Both the position numbers and the translations under genes were made by a program. From an uncultured Phycisphaerales bacterium (GTDB lineage: Bacteria; Planctomycetota; Phycisphaerae; Tepidisphaerales; Tepidisphaeraceae): 64,000 nt of DNA. Under the pieces are notes generated by a model that did not search any database, was not told the DNA's origin, and saw nothing but the letters and a program-made list of their open reading frames with translations. This document shows positions 63,484 through 64,000 of this stretch, one piece after another; positions within the stretch are counted from its first letter, which is position 1; each line of letters starts with the position of its first letter. The stretch is taken from assembly GCA_963844715.1 (NCBI GenBank), contig CAWJPJ010000005.1, positions 192,001 through 256,000 of the forward strand, given 5' to 3'.

Positions 63484-64000
63484 TTGGCTGTATCGCTACC
63501 GCTTGCAGAAGAGTACGAGAAGAAGGAAAAGTGCGGTCTCTTCGGCGTCTGGGGGACGAGCGAGGCCGCGCATATCGTCTATCAGGGGCTATTCGCTCAG
63601 CAACACCGCGGACAGGAATCGGCCGGCATCGTGGTGAGCGATGGGATCGGTCTGCACGGCCACACCGGGATGGGGCTGGTCAGCCAGGTTTTCACGCCGC
63701 GGATGCTCGCGCGAGGAACTGGTCGGCAATGCCGCCATCGGTCATGTGCGCTATTCGACGACGGGGTCAAGCAAACTGTGCAACGCCCAGCCGCTGCTCC
63801 GGCAATATTTGATGGGCCCCGTGGCGGTGGCTCATAACGGGAATCTCATCAACGCCGGCCTTCTCCGCCAGCAATACGAAGAACACGGGCACATTTTCCA
63901 AAGCACGACGGATACCGAAATCATTGTGCACCTGCTGGCCAAACCGACGCACGCGCAAAAGCACGATCCGCTTCCGCACGTGCTGAAGCATCTTCAGGGG
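63484..64000 (+). CDS. purF: Amidophosphoribosyltransferase (partial, frameshift near 63710)
   Basis: 'EKCGLFG', 'QHRGQESAGI', then 'AIGHVRYSTTG', 'AHNGNL', 'DTE' in the next frame. Confidence 0.93.

Noticed and set aside
2860..64000. Mass pseudogenisation (roughly 20 genes with frameshifts)
   Set aside because: Core genes lpxK and purF are also hit and the reading frames are otherwise intact across single-base indels, which fits long-read error. Read polishing would settle it.
1..64000. CRISPR array or cas genes
   Set aside because: No regularly spaced direct repeats with unique spacers and no Cas motifs seen.

Overview
High-GC bacterial chromosomal segment, most consistent with a Planctomycetota (Phycisphaerae-like) genome. 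That is inferred from a LESRxLLS-type exported protein, a PEP-CTERM protein and the short repeat families. Many genes, including lpxK and purF, are broken by single-base frameshifts, which points to uncorrected long-read indels rather than real pseudogenes. Left to right: the end of a histidine kinase; two 885-bp IS5-family copies around tRNA-Arg(CCT) and a NarL-type two-component pair; a two-partner secretion (TpsB/TpsA) locus; a DUF748/AsmA-like gene plus lipoprotein; pectin-type glycosidases (GH2, GH138-like, two GH28); a copCD locus led by a CxxC...RGPP (DUF2946-like) leader ORF; a TPR-GT41 gene; mntR/mntH-usp-porin-modAB; and housekeeping genes (sucD, tlyA-like, lpxK, gluQ, rsgA, purF). 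The standout is an operon at about 48.9-53.5 kb: a Ser/Thr kinase with a double zinc ribbon, three small membrane proteins and three consecutive coiled-coil proteins that look like ESCRT-III/Snf7 (Vps2/Did2/CdvB-like) subunits. One is fused behind a nuclease-fold-like/winged-helix-like region, a second atypical kinase is transcribed divergently, and no Vps4-type ATPase is in the window. All family assignments come from motif recognition by eye; no searches were run.
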